Of a DNA stretch of 64,000 nucleotides, positions 18,142-26,520 are shown piece after piece. The stretch's first letter is position 1. Every line of letters starts with the position of its first letter. The position numbers and the translations under genes are program-made. The notes beneath the pieces are model-generated. The model searched no databases. It was given only the letters and a program-made list of their open reading frames with translations, and had not been told where the DNA came from. The DNA comes from Gemmatimonadales bacterium (GTDB taxonomy: Bacteria > Gemmatimonadota > Gemmatimonadetes > Gemmatimonadales > GWC2-71-9): NCBI GenBank assembly GCA_036002655.1, contig DASYTD010000149.1, forward strand, positions 1,452-65,451. The letters are read 5' to 3'.

Positions 18142-19518
18142 TCAGGTGAGGTGGTTCAGCACCCGCTCCAGCGCCACACCGCGCGACGCCTTGAGCAAGA
18201 TCAGCTCGTTGCCGCGCAGCGCCGATCTCAGCTTGGGGCCGAGCGCGACGGCATCCGCGGCGGTGATCAGCCGCCCGCCCAGCGCCTCTCGCAGCGACTC
18301 GAACACCCGCGCGAACGTTCCGACAGCGGCGACGAGCGCGGGCTTGCGTTGGGCGATCTCGCGAGCGGCTTCGGCGTGCAATCTTGCACTTTCCGGCCCT
18401 AACTCCAACATCGTGCCCACCACCACCACCAGCGGCCGCCGCTGCCGGCGGGCCAGCCAGGCGGCGGTCTGCACCGCCCGCCGCATCGAGGCGGGGTTGG
18501 CGTTGTAGCTGTCGTCGATCACCACCATGTTGCCGATCTCGCGGATATCGCCGCGCCCTTCGGGCAGCTGCGCGCCCGCGAGCGCGCGAACCGCCGCGTC
18601 GTGATCGACCCCCGCCCGCTGCGCCACCGCCAGGGCGATCTGGGCATTCTCGAGCTGATGGATGCCCAGGGCCGGGAGAGTCACCTTCTCGCCCGAGTCG
18701 AGCGCGAGGCGGGGATGGCCGTCCCGGTCGAGGTGGCGATCGAGCAAGGCGTCGTCGCCGCTCTTCCCCGGCAGCGCCGCGGGAATCACCTGCGTGCGGC
18801 GGCGGGCTTCGGGCCACATCGTCTCCGGCCCCGAGCCGATGACGGCGACCGGCGCGCCGTCCAGCAGCGACAGCTTCTCCGCCATCACGCGCTCCAACGA
18901 GCCGAATCCCTCGACGTGGGCGTAGCCGATGTTGGTGATGACGGCGATGGTCGGCTCGATGATATCGCGCAGCCGCGCGATCTCTCCCGGGACGCTGGCC
19001 CCCGCTTCGACGACGAGTGCCTCCGCATCCGGTGGCGCGCTGAGAATCGTCAGCGGCACCCCCACGAGGTTGTTGAGGTTGCCGGATGTGGCATGGACGC
19101 GGTAGCGGGCCGCGAGGGCGGCGCGAACCATCTCTTTGGTGCTGGTCTTGCCACTCGAGCCGGTGATCGCGACAACCGGCGTCCCTTCCGGCAGCATGCG
19201 GCGACGTGCGCGCGCGAGCTGGCCCAGCGCGGTGAGCGTGTCGTCCACCTCGAAGAACGGCAGTCCCTCGACCGCCGCAGTCCCCCGACGCACCACCGCG
19301 GCGGCCGCGCCCTGGGCCTTGGCTTGGTCGAGGAAGGTGTGAGCGTCGAACTTTTCGCCCTTCAAGGCAACGAAGAGTGTGCCAGGTGTCAGCTGTCTGG
19401 TGTCAGTGGAGATCGCGCCGAACTGGAGTTTCGCCGGCGCGGCGACACCCAGCGCTTCCGCGACCTCGGCACTCGTCCAGGTCCGTCCGCCCGTCTGCCC
19501 GTCCGCCCGTCCGCCCAT
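18142..19518 (-). CDS. murF: UDP-N-acetylmuramoyl-tripeptide--D-alanyl-D-alanine ligase
   Basis: 458 aa. ITGSSGKTSTKEM and DSYNANPASM. The first 11 codons (GGRADGQTGGR) are encoded by an octamer array. The ATG overlaps the murE stop by 1 nt. Confidence 0.9.
   Translation of the reverse strand: MGGRADGQTGGRTWTSAEVAEALGVAAPAKLQFGAISTDTRQLTPGTLFVALKGEKFDAHTFLDQAKAQGAAAAVVRRGTAAVEGLPFFEVDDTLTALGQLARARRRMLPEGTPVVAITGSSGKTSTKEMVRAALAARYRVHATSGNLNNLVGVPLTILSAPPDAEALVVEAGASVPGEIARLRDIIEPTIAVITNIGYAHVEGFGSLERVMAEKLSLLDGAPVAVIGSGPETMWPEARRRTQVIPAALPGKSGDDALLDRHLDRDGHPRLALDSGEKVTLPALGIHQLENAQIALAVAQRAGVDHDAAVRALAGAQLPEGRGDIREIGNMVVIDDSYNANPASMRRAVQTAAWLARRQRRPLVVVVGTMLELGPESARLHAEAAREIAQRKPALVAAVGTFARVFESLREALGGRLITAADAVALGPKLRSALRGNELILLKASRGVALERVLNHLT
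19485..19516. repeat. tandem octamer array (GTCCGCCC/GTCTGCCC) x4, G-rich on the minus strand
   Basis: Read directly: gtccgccc gtctgccc gtccgccc gtccgccc. The minus strand reads GGGCGGAC GGGCGGAC GGGCAGAC GGGCGGAC. Confidence 0.8.
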
Positions 19519-20993
19519 CAGTTCGCCCCCAATCCCCGCACCACGTCGCGCTCATCGAACGGCTCTTTCTTGGTGCCGACCACTTGGTACGTCTCATGCC
19601 CCTTCCCCGCCAGCAGGATCGTATCGCCCTGGCGCGCGAGCTCGAGCGCCTGGCCGATGGCGGCGCGACGGTCCACGACGCGGTAATGCTGCCGGCCGCT
19701 CATGCCCGCCTCGACGTCGTCGAGGATCCGTTCCGGATCTTCGGTGCGGGGATTGTCGGAGGTGGCGATCGCGATATCGGCCAGACGCACGGCGATCTCC
19801 CCCATCGGGGCGCGCTTACCGCGGTCACGATCGCCTCCCGCGCCGAACACGATAATCACCCGTCCACCGGACGGCGTCACCTCACGCACCGTCTCGAGTG
19901 CACGCTCCAAGGCATCGGGCGTATGCGCGTAATCGCGCAGGATCACGCAGGGATCGACGGCGATCCGCTCCATCCGGCCCGGCACCTGAGGCGCCGTGGA
20001 CAGCCGCTCGGCGATCACGCGTGGCGGCAGCTCCAGCCCGACCGCGCAGGCAGCGACACCCAATGCATTCGCCACGTTGAAGCGTCCCAGCAGCGGGAGT
20101 GCGACCGGGTGACTGCCTGCCGGCGTCACGAGCGTAAAACGCGCGCCCTGCGCGTCGACGCGCACGTCCCGGGCGGTGACATCCGCGTCCTCCGTCGTCG
20201 CCGAAAAGCTGATGTGACGTGGCGTGCGCGGCAGCCGCGCCCACGCCGCATCGTCGGCATTGATGACGGCGAGGCCGGCGTCCGCCAAGTAGCCGACGAG
20301 TCTTGCCTTCGCCGCGAAATAGGCGTCGAACGTCTCGTGATAATCGAGATGATCGCGCGTCAAGTTCGTGAAGATGGCCGCACGAAACAGGAGCCCTTCC
20401 ACGCGGCCCTGATCGAGGCTGTGCGACGACACTTCCATGGCCACTCCGGCGGCCCCCCGATCGACCAGGGCGGCCAGCGTCGCCTGAAGATCGATCGGCC
20501 CCGGCGTCGTGAGATTCCCCGCCTCGCTCTGCACGGCGGTCCCGGCTGGATCGATGCAACCCAGCGTTCCGATAGCGCCCATCGGCCACAGCGCGCCCAG
20601 CACGTGCCGGGAGAGAATCACCGACGTCGTTTTCCCGTTCGTGCCGGTGACACCGATGAGCTGGAGTCGGGCCGCCGGGCGTCCGTACCACGCCTCGGCA
20701 GCCACCACCGCGGCTCGCCGGCCATTGCGGACCAGGATTTGGGGGATCGCAACCGACTGCCGCGACTCGACGAGTGCGGCCGCCGCGCCGCGCGCCGCGG
20801 CATCCGCGACGAATTGGTGTCCGTCCAGCACCGCGCCGCGCACCGCGCAAAACAGCATGCCACGCTCGAGGCGGCGCGCATCGGCCGTGAGGCCGGTGAT
20901 GTTCGGGAGCGGCGCGGCCCGCGGATCCGGCGCGTCGACTAACACGCCGGCGCGCGCCAGCGCGTCCACGACCTCCTGCAGCGGTTTCCTCAT
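19518..20993 (-). CDS. murE: UDP-N-acetylmuramoyl-L-alanyl-D-glutamate--2,6-diaminopimelate ligase
   Basis: Start taken at M26 (MRKPLQEVVDAL); it overlaps the ftsI stop (ATGA). Motifs GVTGTNGKTT, AMEVSSH and FGAGGDRDRGKR. The DNPR motif (SDNPRTE) suggests meso-DAP specificity. Confidence 0.93.
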   Translation of the reverse strand: MRKPLQEVVDALARAGVLVDAPDPRAAPLPNITGLTADARRLERGMLFCAVRGAVLDGHQFVADAAARGAAAALVESRQSVAIPQILVRNGRRAAVVAAEAWYGRPAARLQLIGVTGTNGKTTSVILSRHVLGALWPMGAIGTLGCIDPAGTAVQSEAGNLTTPGPIDLQATLAALVDRGAAGVAMEVSSHSLDQGRVEGLLFRAAIFTNLTRDHLDYHETFDAYFAAKARLVGYLADAGLAVINADDAAWARLPRTPRHISFSATTEDADVTARDVRVDAQGARFTLVTPAGSHPVALPLLGRFNVANALGVAACAVGLELPPRVIAERLSTAPQVPGRMERIAVDPCVILRDYAHTPDALERALETVREVTPSGGRVIIVFGAGGDRDRGKRAPMGEIAVRLADIAIATSDNPRTEDPERILDDVEAGMSGRQHYRVVDRRAAIGQALELARQGDTILLAGKGHETYQVVGTKKEPFDERDVVRGLGAN

Positions 20994-22945
20994 GGACGCA
21001 AGGGAGGTGGTTCCGCGAACATCGTCACCGTTGAGCCGGCAGCCGCCTGCTCGCCCGCCGCGGGCCAAGTGTGATGAATCACGCCCCAGCCCTTCACCAC
21101 GACGTGGAAGCCGCGCCGGTGGAGGGTGCGCGCCGCTTCGCGCAGCGGCCTTCCGGTGACGTTCGGGACGGTTCGTTCCGCTTGAGGAGGTGCGCTATCG
21201 GGAACGTACGGCCACGGCACGACGTACGGCACGACTCCGTCCGGCTCCTCGAGCGGCGCACGGTCAGCGGTGGGCGCGACGTTGGACAGCCGGGCCCGAT
21301 CGAGCGCGACGGTTCGCGCCGCCAGCGCCTGCTCGAGCATGGATCGTGTGACGGGCGCGGCAGTCTGTGCAGCGAAGTAGCTCCCCTTCTGGGGATTATC
21401 GATTTTCATCACGACGACGAGCTGCGGCTCACCGGCTGGGAACAGCGCCGCGAACGAGGCCGTGTATTGGCCTGCCGCGTACCGCCCCGCGACCACGCGC
21501 CGGGCCGTGCCCGTCTTGGCGGCGAGCTGGAAGTTGGCAAGCGCCGCCCGTTCCGCCGTGCCGCCCGCTTCGACCACGCCGCGGAGCAGTTCGCGCAGCT
21601 TGCCCGCGACTTCCGGAGTCACGACGCGCCGCACGGGCTCCGCACGATGCCGGTAGCGCACCGCACCATTGGGCGCGCGGATTTCGCGGATCAACGTCGG
21701 TTGGAGCAGCACGCCGTTGTTCGCGATCGCGCCATAGGCCGCGGCGAGCTGGATCGGCGTGACCGCGAGCTCATATCCGATCGCGAGACTCGCCGAGCTG
21801 GGGCGCGACCACTCGCGCGGCGGGCGCAGCCGTCCCGGCGATTCGGCGGGAAATTCGACGCCCGTCGGCGCGCCGAACCCGAAGGCGCGCAGCACCGCAT
21901 ACTGCTCAGCCGGACGCAGGCGGGCGGAGAATTTCACGAGCGCGATGTTGCTCGAGACGCGGATGGCGTCGGCCAGCGTGAGCGACGGCAGGGGATGCTC
22001 ATCGGTGACCACGCGATCGGGCAGGCGGTAACGCCCTCCCTCACCGGAGACCCGCTCGCCTGGACGCACCCGTTCGAACGTGATCAGCGCCGCCGCCGCG
22101 AAGATCTTGGCGAGTGATCCCGGCTCGAAGGTCTCGGTGAACGCACTCGGCCGCATGCTCCCGTCCGCGCGCCGCGACGCCGCCGCGAGGATCTCTCCGG
22201 TCGCCGGATCCAGCATCACCACGTCGCCGCCGTCGGCCTGCATGTTGTCGATCGCGTCGTCGAGCGCACGCTGCGCGATCTCCTGCAGCTCCGCATCGAG
22301 GGTCAGCACCACGTCGTTCCCGGCGACGGGCTCGGCGATCACCCGCGCGGGCGACGTGTACTCGCGGCCTTCGCGGTCCTTGAGGACCACCGCGGCGCCC
22401 GGCGTGCCGGCCAGGACGCTGTCCAGCAGGCGCTCGAGCCCGCCACCGCCGCCGGAGCCGCCTCGGCCGTCGTCGCCCACGCGACCGACCACCGCGCGTG
22501 CGAACTCGGAGGAGGGATAGAAGCGACGCGGCACGGGCTCGAGATGCACGCCCCGCAAGTTGCGGAGCGGCTGCACCTCGAGCGCCGTAAACGGACCGGC
22601 GAACCAGCCGTAGCGCCGTCGCACCGCGCGCTCCACCTCCCGCGCTGGGAGCCGCAGCTGGCGCGCAATCCTGGCGACGTCCCGCGTGGGGTCGCGCAGC
22701 TCGTTGGGCGCGATGCCGACGTGATACGTCTCCTGCGTGAGCGCGATGGCGGTGCCGTGACGGTCGAACAACGTGCCGCGTCGAGCGTCGAGCACGACGC
22801 GCTCGGTGCGCTGCGCCTGGGCCGCGGCGGCATAGCGCCGTCCCTCCACGAGCTGCACCTGCCCGGCACGCACGACCAGCGCGAGCAGCGCGGCGGCGAT
22901 GCCGATCTCGACGACGCGCAGCCGCACGAGGGGCTTTGCCATCAA
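20990..22945 (-). CDS. ftsI: class B penicillin-binding protein (FtsI-type transpeptidase) with C-terminal PASTA domain
   Basis: 651 aa with an N-terminal TM helix. Transpeptidase motifs SLAK (EPGSLAKIF), SSN (VSSNIA) and KTGT (AKTGTA). C-terminal VPNVTGRPLREAARTLHRRGFHVVVKGWGVIHHTWPAAG resembles PASTA. Confidence 0.9.
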   Translation of the reverse strand: MMAKPLVRLRVVEIGIAAALLALVVRAGQVQLVEGRRYAAAAQAQRTERVVLDARRGTLFDRHGTAIALTQETYHVGIAPNELRDPTRDVARIARQLRLPAREVERAVRRRYGWFAGPFTALEVQPLRNLRGVHLEPVPRRFYPSSEFARAVVGRVGDDGRGGSGGGGGLERLLDSVLAGTPGAAVVLKDREGREYTSPARVIAEPVAGNDVVLTLDAELQEIAQRALDDAIDNMQADGGDVVMLDPATGEILAAASRRADGSMRPSAFTETFEPGSLAKIFAAAALITFERVRPGERVSGEGGRYRLPDRVVTDEHPLPSLTLADAIRVSSNIALVKFSARLRPAEQYAVLRAFGFGAPTGVEFPAESPGRLRPPREWSRPSSASLAIGYELAVTPIQLAAAYGAIANNGVLLQPTLIREIRAPNGAVRYRHRAEPVRRVVTPEVAGKLRELLRGVVEAGGTAERAALANFQLAAKTGTARRVVAGRYAAGQYTASFAALFPAGEPQLVVVMKIDNPQKGSYFAAQTAAPVTRSMLEQALAARTVALDRARLSNVAPTADRAPLEEPDGVVPYVVPWPYVPDSAPPQAERTVPNVTGRPLREAARTLHRRGFHVVVKGWGVIHHTWPAAGEQAAAGSTVTMFAEPPPLRP

Positions 22946-23223
22946 CGGGGCTTCGGTGCGGGAAGCAGAATGATCTCAGTGTCCGCCGGCAAGCGCAGTC
23001 CCAGCTGCTCCGCGCGCGGCAACAGGACGGCCCGGCTTTGCGCGGTGCGCACCCGACGCTCCACCTCCGCGCGGCGGCCTTCGAGCGAGGCGCGCTCCTC
23101 GCGCAGGTCCGAAAGGGCACGCGCCGCATTGAGCGAGGCTGTTTGGCGCGCGATCACGGCCCAGAGCGCCGCCAGTAACGCGACGAGCCAGAAGGCGATC
23201 CAATGACGGCCTCTAAATGCCAT
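22942..23223 (-). CDS. ftsL: cell division protein FtsL-like (small bitopic coiled-coil protein)
   Basis: Start taken at M90 of ORF 22942..23490. MAFRGRHWIAFWLVALLAALWAVIARQ is a TM helix, followed by a heptad-like segment. The position between rsmH and ftsI is canonical for ftsL. Assigned by position and architecture only. Confidence 0.6.
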   Translation of the reverse strand: MAFRGRHWIAFWLVALLAALWAVIARQTASLNAARALSDLREERASLEGRRAEVERRVRTAQSRAVLLPRAEQLGLRLPADTEIILLPAPKPR

Positions 23224-24163
23224 CGGGGGTCTCGAACGCGCGAAACTGTGCGGACCGGGCCCTGGGGTTCGACGCAATCTCGCTGGGCTCGGGGACAACG
23301 GGCTTCTTGGTGAGCACGCGCCCCAGTGGGCGGCCACGGCAAGTGCACACCGGTTGCCGGGGCGGACAAATGCAGTCCCGGCTCCACTCGCGAAACGCGT
23401 GCTTGACGACGCGGTCTTCGCCGGAGTGGTAGGTGATGACTCCGAGGCGGCCGCCGGGCTCGAGCGCGTCACGCAATTCCGGCAAGGCAACGGACAGTGA
23501 TTCGATCTCCCCGTTCACGGCGATGCGCAGCGCCTGGAACAAGCGTGCAAAATCGGAGGGCCCGGAGCGCGGCCCCAGCACGGCGCGGATCGCATTCACG
23601 AAATCGTCGCTGATCGTGAAGGGCGCGGAAAGCCGGCGCCGTACGATCTCCTTCGCGAGCGTCCGTCCCCGCCGCTCGTCGGCATACTCGGTGAACACGG
23701 TGGTGAGTCGCTCTACCGACCAGCTGTTCAAGACATCGCGCGCGCTCGCCCCTCCCCCCTCCCCCCTCTCCCCCGTCGCGCTCATCCGCATGTCGAGCGG
23801 CGCGCCGGGGCGGAATGTGAAGCCTCGCTCCGGAGTGTCGATCTGATGTGAGCTCACGCCAAGGTCGAGGAGAATACGATCAGGATGGAAGTCGCGGATC
23901 GCGGCAAGCGCCGAGGGGGCGGCGAACGACGCTTCGAGATAGTCCATGCCGTCGGCGCCGAGGCGGCGGCGGGCGGCGGTGATGGCATTAGGGTCGCGAT
24001 CAATGCCGAGCACGGTGGCGCCCGCGTCGCGCAGCACGGCGGCGTGCCCGCCTCCGCCGAGTGTCGCGTCGACGGCCCGCTTGCTGCCCGTCGCCCACGC
24101 CCGCACGGCCGCGGAGAGGACGGGGACATGGTAGGGAATCGGGTCAGAAGCGGCCGTGGGCAC
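23213..24163 (-). CDS. rsmH: 16S rRNA (cytosine1402-N4)-methyltransferase
   Basis: 316 aa. YHVPVL, DATLGGGGHAAVL, LLDLGVSSHQ and ITYHSGEDR motifs. GTG start. An insertion TGERGEGGGASA relative to the usual DMRM..SA segment is encoded by a heptamer array. Confidence 0.93.
   Translation of the reverse strand: MPTAASDPIPYHVPVLSAAVRAWATGSKRAVDATLGGGGHAAVLRDAGATVLGIDRDPNAITAARRRLGADGMDYLEASFAAPSALAAIRDFHPDRILLDLGVSSHQIDTPERGFTFRPGAPLDMRMSATGERGEGGGASARDVLNSWSVERLTTVFTEYADERRGRTLAKEIVRRRLSAPFTISDDFVNAIRAVLGPRSGPSDFARLFQALRIAVNGEIESLSVALPELRDALEPGGRLGVITYHSGEDRVVKHAFREWSRDCICPPRQPVCTCRGRPLGRVLTKKPVVPEPSEIASNPRARSAQFRAFETPDGI
23743..23777. repeat. 7-nt periodic C-tract array (CGCTCGC CCCTCCC CCCTCCC CCCTCTC CCCCGTC)
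   Basis: Read directly. The minus strand reads GACGGGGGAGAGGGGGGAGGGGGGAGGGGCGAGCG, with four G-runs of 4 or more and loops of 1-3 nt. Confidence 0.8.
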
Positions 24164-24168
24164 GCTCC

Positions 24169-24203
24169 AAAATACGAAAACCCCCGCCGAGAAGGGGCGG
24201 GGG
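24169..24203 (-). terminator. Rho-independent terminator-like hairpin downstream of tRNA-Asp
   Basis: The minus strand reads CCCCCGCC-CCTTCTC-GGCGGGGG followed by TTTTCGTATTTT. This is an 8-bp GC stem, a 7-nt loop and a T-tract. It ends 5 nt before the rsmH GTG. Confidence 0.5.
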
Positions 24204-24244
24204 GCGGGGGCACGGAGACAACCGGAAGTCGACAGTTCTCAGAG

Positions 24245-24318
24245 CGGGGCTGACGGGGCTCGAACCCGCGACCTCCGGTGTGACAGACCGGCACTCTAAC
24301 CAGCTGAGCTACAGCCCC
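24245..24318 (-). tRNA. tRNA-Asp (anticodon GTC)
   Basis: Hand-folded 74-nt cloverleaf. Acceptor GGGGCTG/CAGCCCC, D-arm GCTC-AGCTGGTTA-GAGT, anticodon arm CCGGT-CTGTCAC-ACCGG, T-arm GCGGG-TTCGAGC-CCCGT, discriminator G. No encoded CCA. Confidence 0.93.
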
Positions 24319-24339
24319 AAGCCCCTTACGGAGCCCCGG

Positions 24340-24368
24340 AATATAGACCGGGGGTCAGGTCAATTCAA
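24340..24368 (-). promoter_or_regulatory. candidate sigma70-type promoter for tRNA-Asp
   Basis: The minus strand reads TTGAAT-N17-TATATT. The -10 element ends 21 nt upstream of the tRNA 5' end. The -35 element lies 6 nt downstream of the stop codon of the TPR gene. Pattern match only. Confidence 0.4.
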
Positions 24369-24374
24369 CGGCGC

Positions 24375-26189
24375 TCAGAAATTCGCGCACTTGAAGGCGC
24401 GACCCATTTGCGGCAGGGCCTTCTCGTATTGCCCGACGAAGCCAAGCATCTGATCCGCGGTGGGCGGATGCACGCGCCGGCCGAGCTGCAACGAGGCCTT
24501 CGTGCGCGAGAGGCGTTCCTTCAATGCGCGCGCCTTGTCGCAGCGGTCCCGGTCACTCGGCTTGAGTTTCGCGATTTCCCCATACGGCTTGCCGAACGTC
24601 AGCGTTGACGCCAACCCGTACCAGAAGCTGCCATTCACGCGGACCTGGAAGCGCGGCCCCAGGGTATCGCTCGCGTTTTTCGGCGCGATGACTTGGAGCA
24701 GCGTATCGAGCCAGACGTACGCCTGGTCGTACGCGGCGGCCTGCGCGAGCTTCGACCCACCGGTCAACATGATCACCGACGCGGCGAGGCGTTGGGTCGA
24801 GTCGGCCGAGTGGAGACCGGGGCGCAGGAATGGGCGGGCCGAATCCACCCGGGCCGCAAACGCCTGCTGCAGGTGCCGCAATCCGACCGTATCCTTTCGC
24901 TCTCGCAGCTGTCGCGCCGCCGCGGTGTCATAGACCGCCCGATCGATCACGATCTTCGCGATCTGCAAGCTCGTGCTCACGTCATTCGGTTCGAGCTTCG
25001 AGGCCGCGGTCAGCATGACGAGCGCCGAATCCGCCTTACCGCGCATCTCGTACGCGGCCGCGCGCGTCCGAACGAAGCTGGCGTTGCTCGGGAAGTGGCG
25101 CACGGCCGCCGCGGTGAAGAAGTCCAACGCAACGGTGTCCGACGCTTGCTGCGCCGCGCCGATGGCCGGTTTCAGGAATGTGGTGTCCGCCAGCAGCGTC
25201 GTGTCGTGCTGCGCCTTTTCATGGAATACGCGCGACGAGCAGCTGTACTTGCCTGCTTCATTGCAAATCGTCAGCTCCAGCTCGAGCAGCTGCGAATCGC
25301 CGGGCGAGAACTTGAGGCCCTCGTCCAGCAACTCGATGGCCCGGTCGAACTGCTTCATCTGTCGCAGCAGCTGCGCAATGCCGAGCCGCTTGTTGACGTT
25401 GCGTGGCTCGCCGTGGAGCTGTTGGATCAGCGCGTCGACCATCTTGACCGTGTCACCGCGCTGCTGGTAGATGCGGAAGATGTTTTCCAACGCGGTTCCG
25501 TTGAGACTGTCTCCTTTGAGCGCCCGCTGCGATTCGGCCAACACGCTGTCCGGCTGGCGTTGCGCCTCCCACACGGTTGCCAGGCAGAGGTGCGCGCTGG
25601 TGGAATTGGGATCGACGGCGAGCGCCTTTTGTGCCTCCGCGCGCGCCCGCGCGAACTGCCCCTTCTTGCGCTCGTCGTTGCAATTGCGGATCGGCTCGCT
25701 GAGGCGCACGATCGTCGCGACGCGCTTTGCGATCGAGTCGGCCAGGGCCGCGGCGGTTAGGGGATTTCCGTTCGTGGTGGTGAAGCTTCCCGCCATGCCG
25801 GAGCTGGAGATATCGATCACATGCACGTCAGCCGTCAGCGCCGTGCCGGTCTTGGCGTACGTGCCGGTGAGATACGCGTGCACTTGGAGGAACCGGGCGA
25901 GCTGGCGTGCCTGCTGATCGTCGAGTAAGCCGTCGCACGGAAATCCCGAGGCTTTGAGCGCTTCACACAGCTTGACCTTGGGCACCACCATGAGTCTGTT
26001 TTTGGTCAGCGCGGTCACACGATCGCGAACCGCATCCGCCAGCGCGATGCTTCCCGCTGAATCAGCGGCCGAAGCCTGGAAAGGCAACACGAGAAGTCTC
26101 TGACTCGGCTGTTGCGGCGCGGCCAGCTGCGCGGCTGCCGTCGTCGCCACTGCCACCGTCAGAGCCACTGCGAATTGAAGCGCTCTCAC
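24375..26189 (-). CDS. secreted TPR-repeat protein
   Basis: 604 aa. Signal peptide MRALQFAVALTVAVATTAAAQ. The C-terminal two-thirds shows TPR-like periodicity. GTG start with GGAGG 8 nt upstream. Confidence 0.75.
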   Translation of the reverse strand: MRALQFAVALTVAVATTAAAQLAAPQQPSQRLLVLPFQASAADSAGSIALADAVRDRVTALTKNRLMVVPKVKLCEALKASGFPCDGLLDDQQARQLARFLQVHAYLTGTYAKTGTALTADVHVIDISSSGMAGSFTTTNGNPLTAAALADSIAKRVATIVRLSEPIRNCNDERKKGQFARARAEAQKALAVDPNSTSAHLCLATVWEAQRQPDSVLAESQRALKGDSLNGTALENIFRIYQQRGDTVKMVDALIQQLHGEPRNVNKRLGIAQLLRQMKQFDRAIELLDEGLKFSPGDSQLLELELTICNEAGKYSCSSRVFHEKAQHDTTLLADTTFLKPAIGAAQQASDTVALDFFTAAAVRHFPSNASFVRTRAAAYEMRGKADSALVMLTAASKLEPNDVSTSLQIAKIVIDRAVYDTAAARQLRERKDTVGLRHLQQAFAARVDSARPFLRPGLHSADSTQRLAASVIMLTGGSKLAQAAAYDQAYVWLDTLLQVIAPKNASDTLGPRFQVRVNGSFWYGLASTLTFGKPYGEIAKLKPSDRDRCDKARALKERLSRTKASLQLGRRVHPPTADQMLGFVGQYEKALPQMGRAFKCANF

Positions 26190-26223
26190 CTGTTCGTTCC
26201 TCCGTTACAGGCTGCTACACCAA

Positions 26224-26297
26224 TGGGCGAAGAGGGATTCGAACCCCCGACATCCTGCGTGTAAGGCAGGCGCTCTGAACCGCTGAGCTATTCGCCC
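26224..26297 (-). tRNA. tRNA-Val (anticodon TAC)
   Basis: Hand-folded 74-nt cloverleaf. Acceptor GGGCGAA/TTCGCCC, anticodon arm CCTGC-CTTACAC-GCAGG, T-arm GGGGG-TTCGAAT-CCCTC, discriminator A. No encoded CCA. Confidence 0.93.
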
Positions 26298-26321
26298 GAG
26301 CCATAGGAGAGAGCGAAGGTG

Positions 26322-26507
26322 CTAGAGGGCCAGGCCTACTGGGAACAAAACGCAGTAGCCCAGGACGAGCAGCACCGGCGCGAGCGTGGTCGACCCTTTC
26401 GACAACAACCAGTAACCAAGTGCAAGCGACACGAGCGCTCCGCCAAGAACGATGTAGTTCTTCGGTCCAAATCGCAGGCGCGAACGTGCAAGAGTTTGGT
26501 CTGGCAT
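26322..26507 (-). CDS. small two-TM membrane protein (hypothetical)
   Basis: Start taken at M14 (MPDQTLARSRLRFGPKNYIVLGGALVSLALGYWLL...LAPVLLVLGYCVLFPVGLAL). Two hydrophobic helices. No family assigned with confidence. Confidence 0.5.
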   Translation of the reverse strand: MPDQTLARSRLRFGPKNYIVLGGALVSLALGYWLLSKGSTTLAPVLLVLGYCVLFPVGLAL

Positions 26508-26520
26508 TCGGGGCTGGAGT

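Noticed and set aside
24164-24244. Search for mraZ upstream of rsmH.
   Set aside because: Only 81 nt separate rsmH from tRNA-Asp, and a hairpin occupies that space. ORF 23854..24294 overlaps the tRNA and rsmH and is compositional noise.
24245-26297. Are the tRNA genes integration sites of a genomic island or prophage?
   Set aside because: There is no integrase, no transposase and no direct repeat of a tRNA 3' end. I saw no compositional shift next to tRNA-Asp, tRNA-Val or tRNA-Met. The flanking genes are ordinary chromosomal genes.
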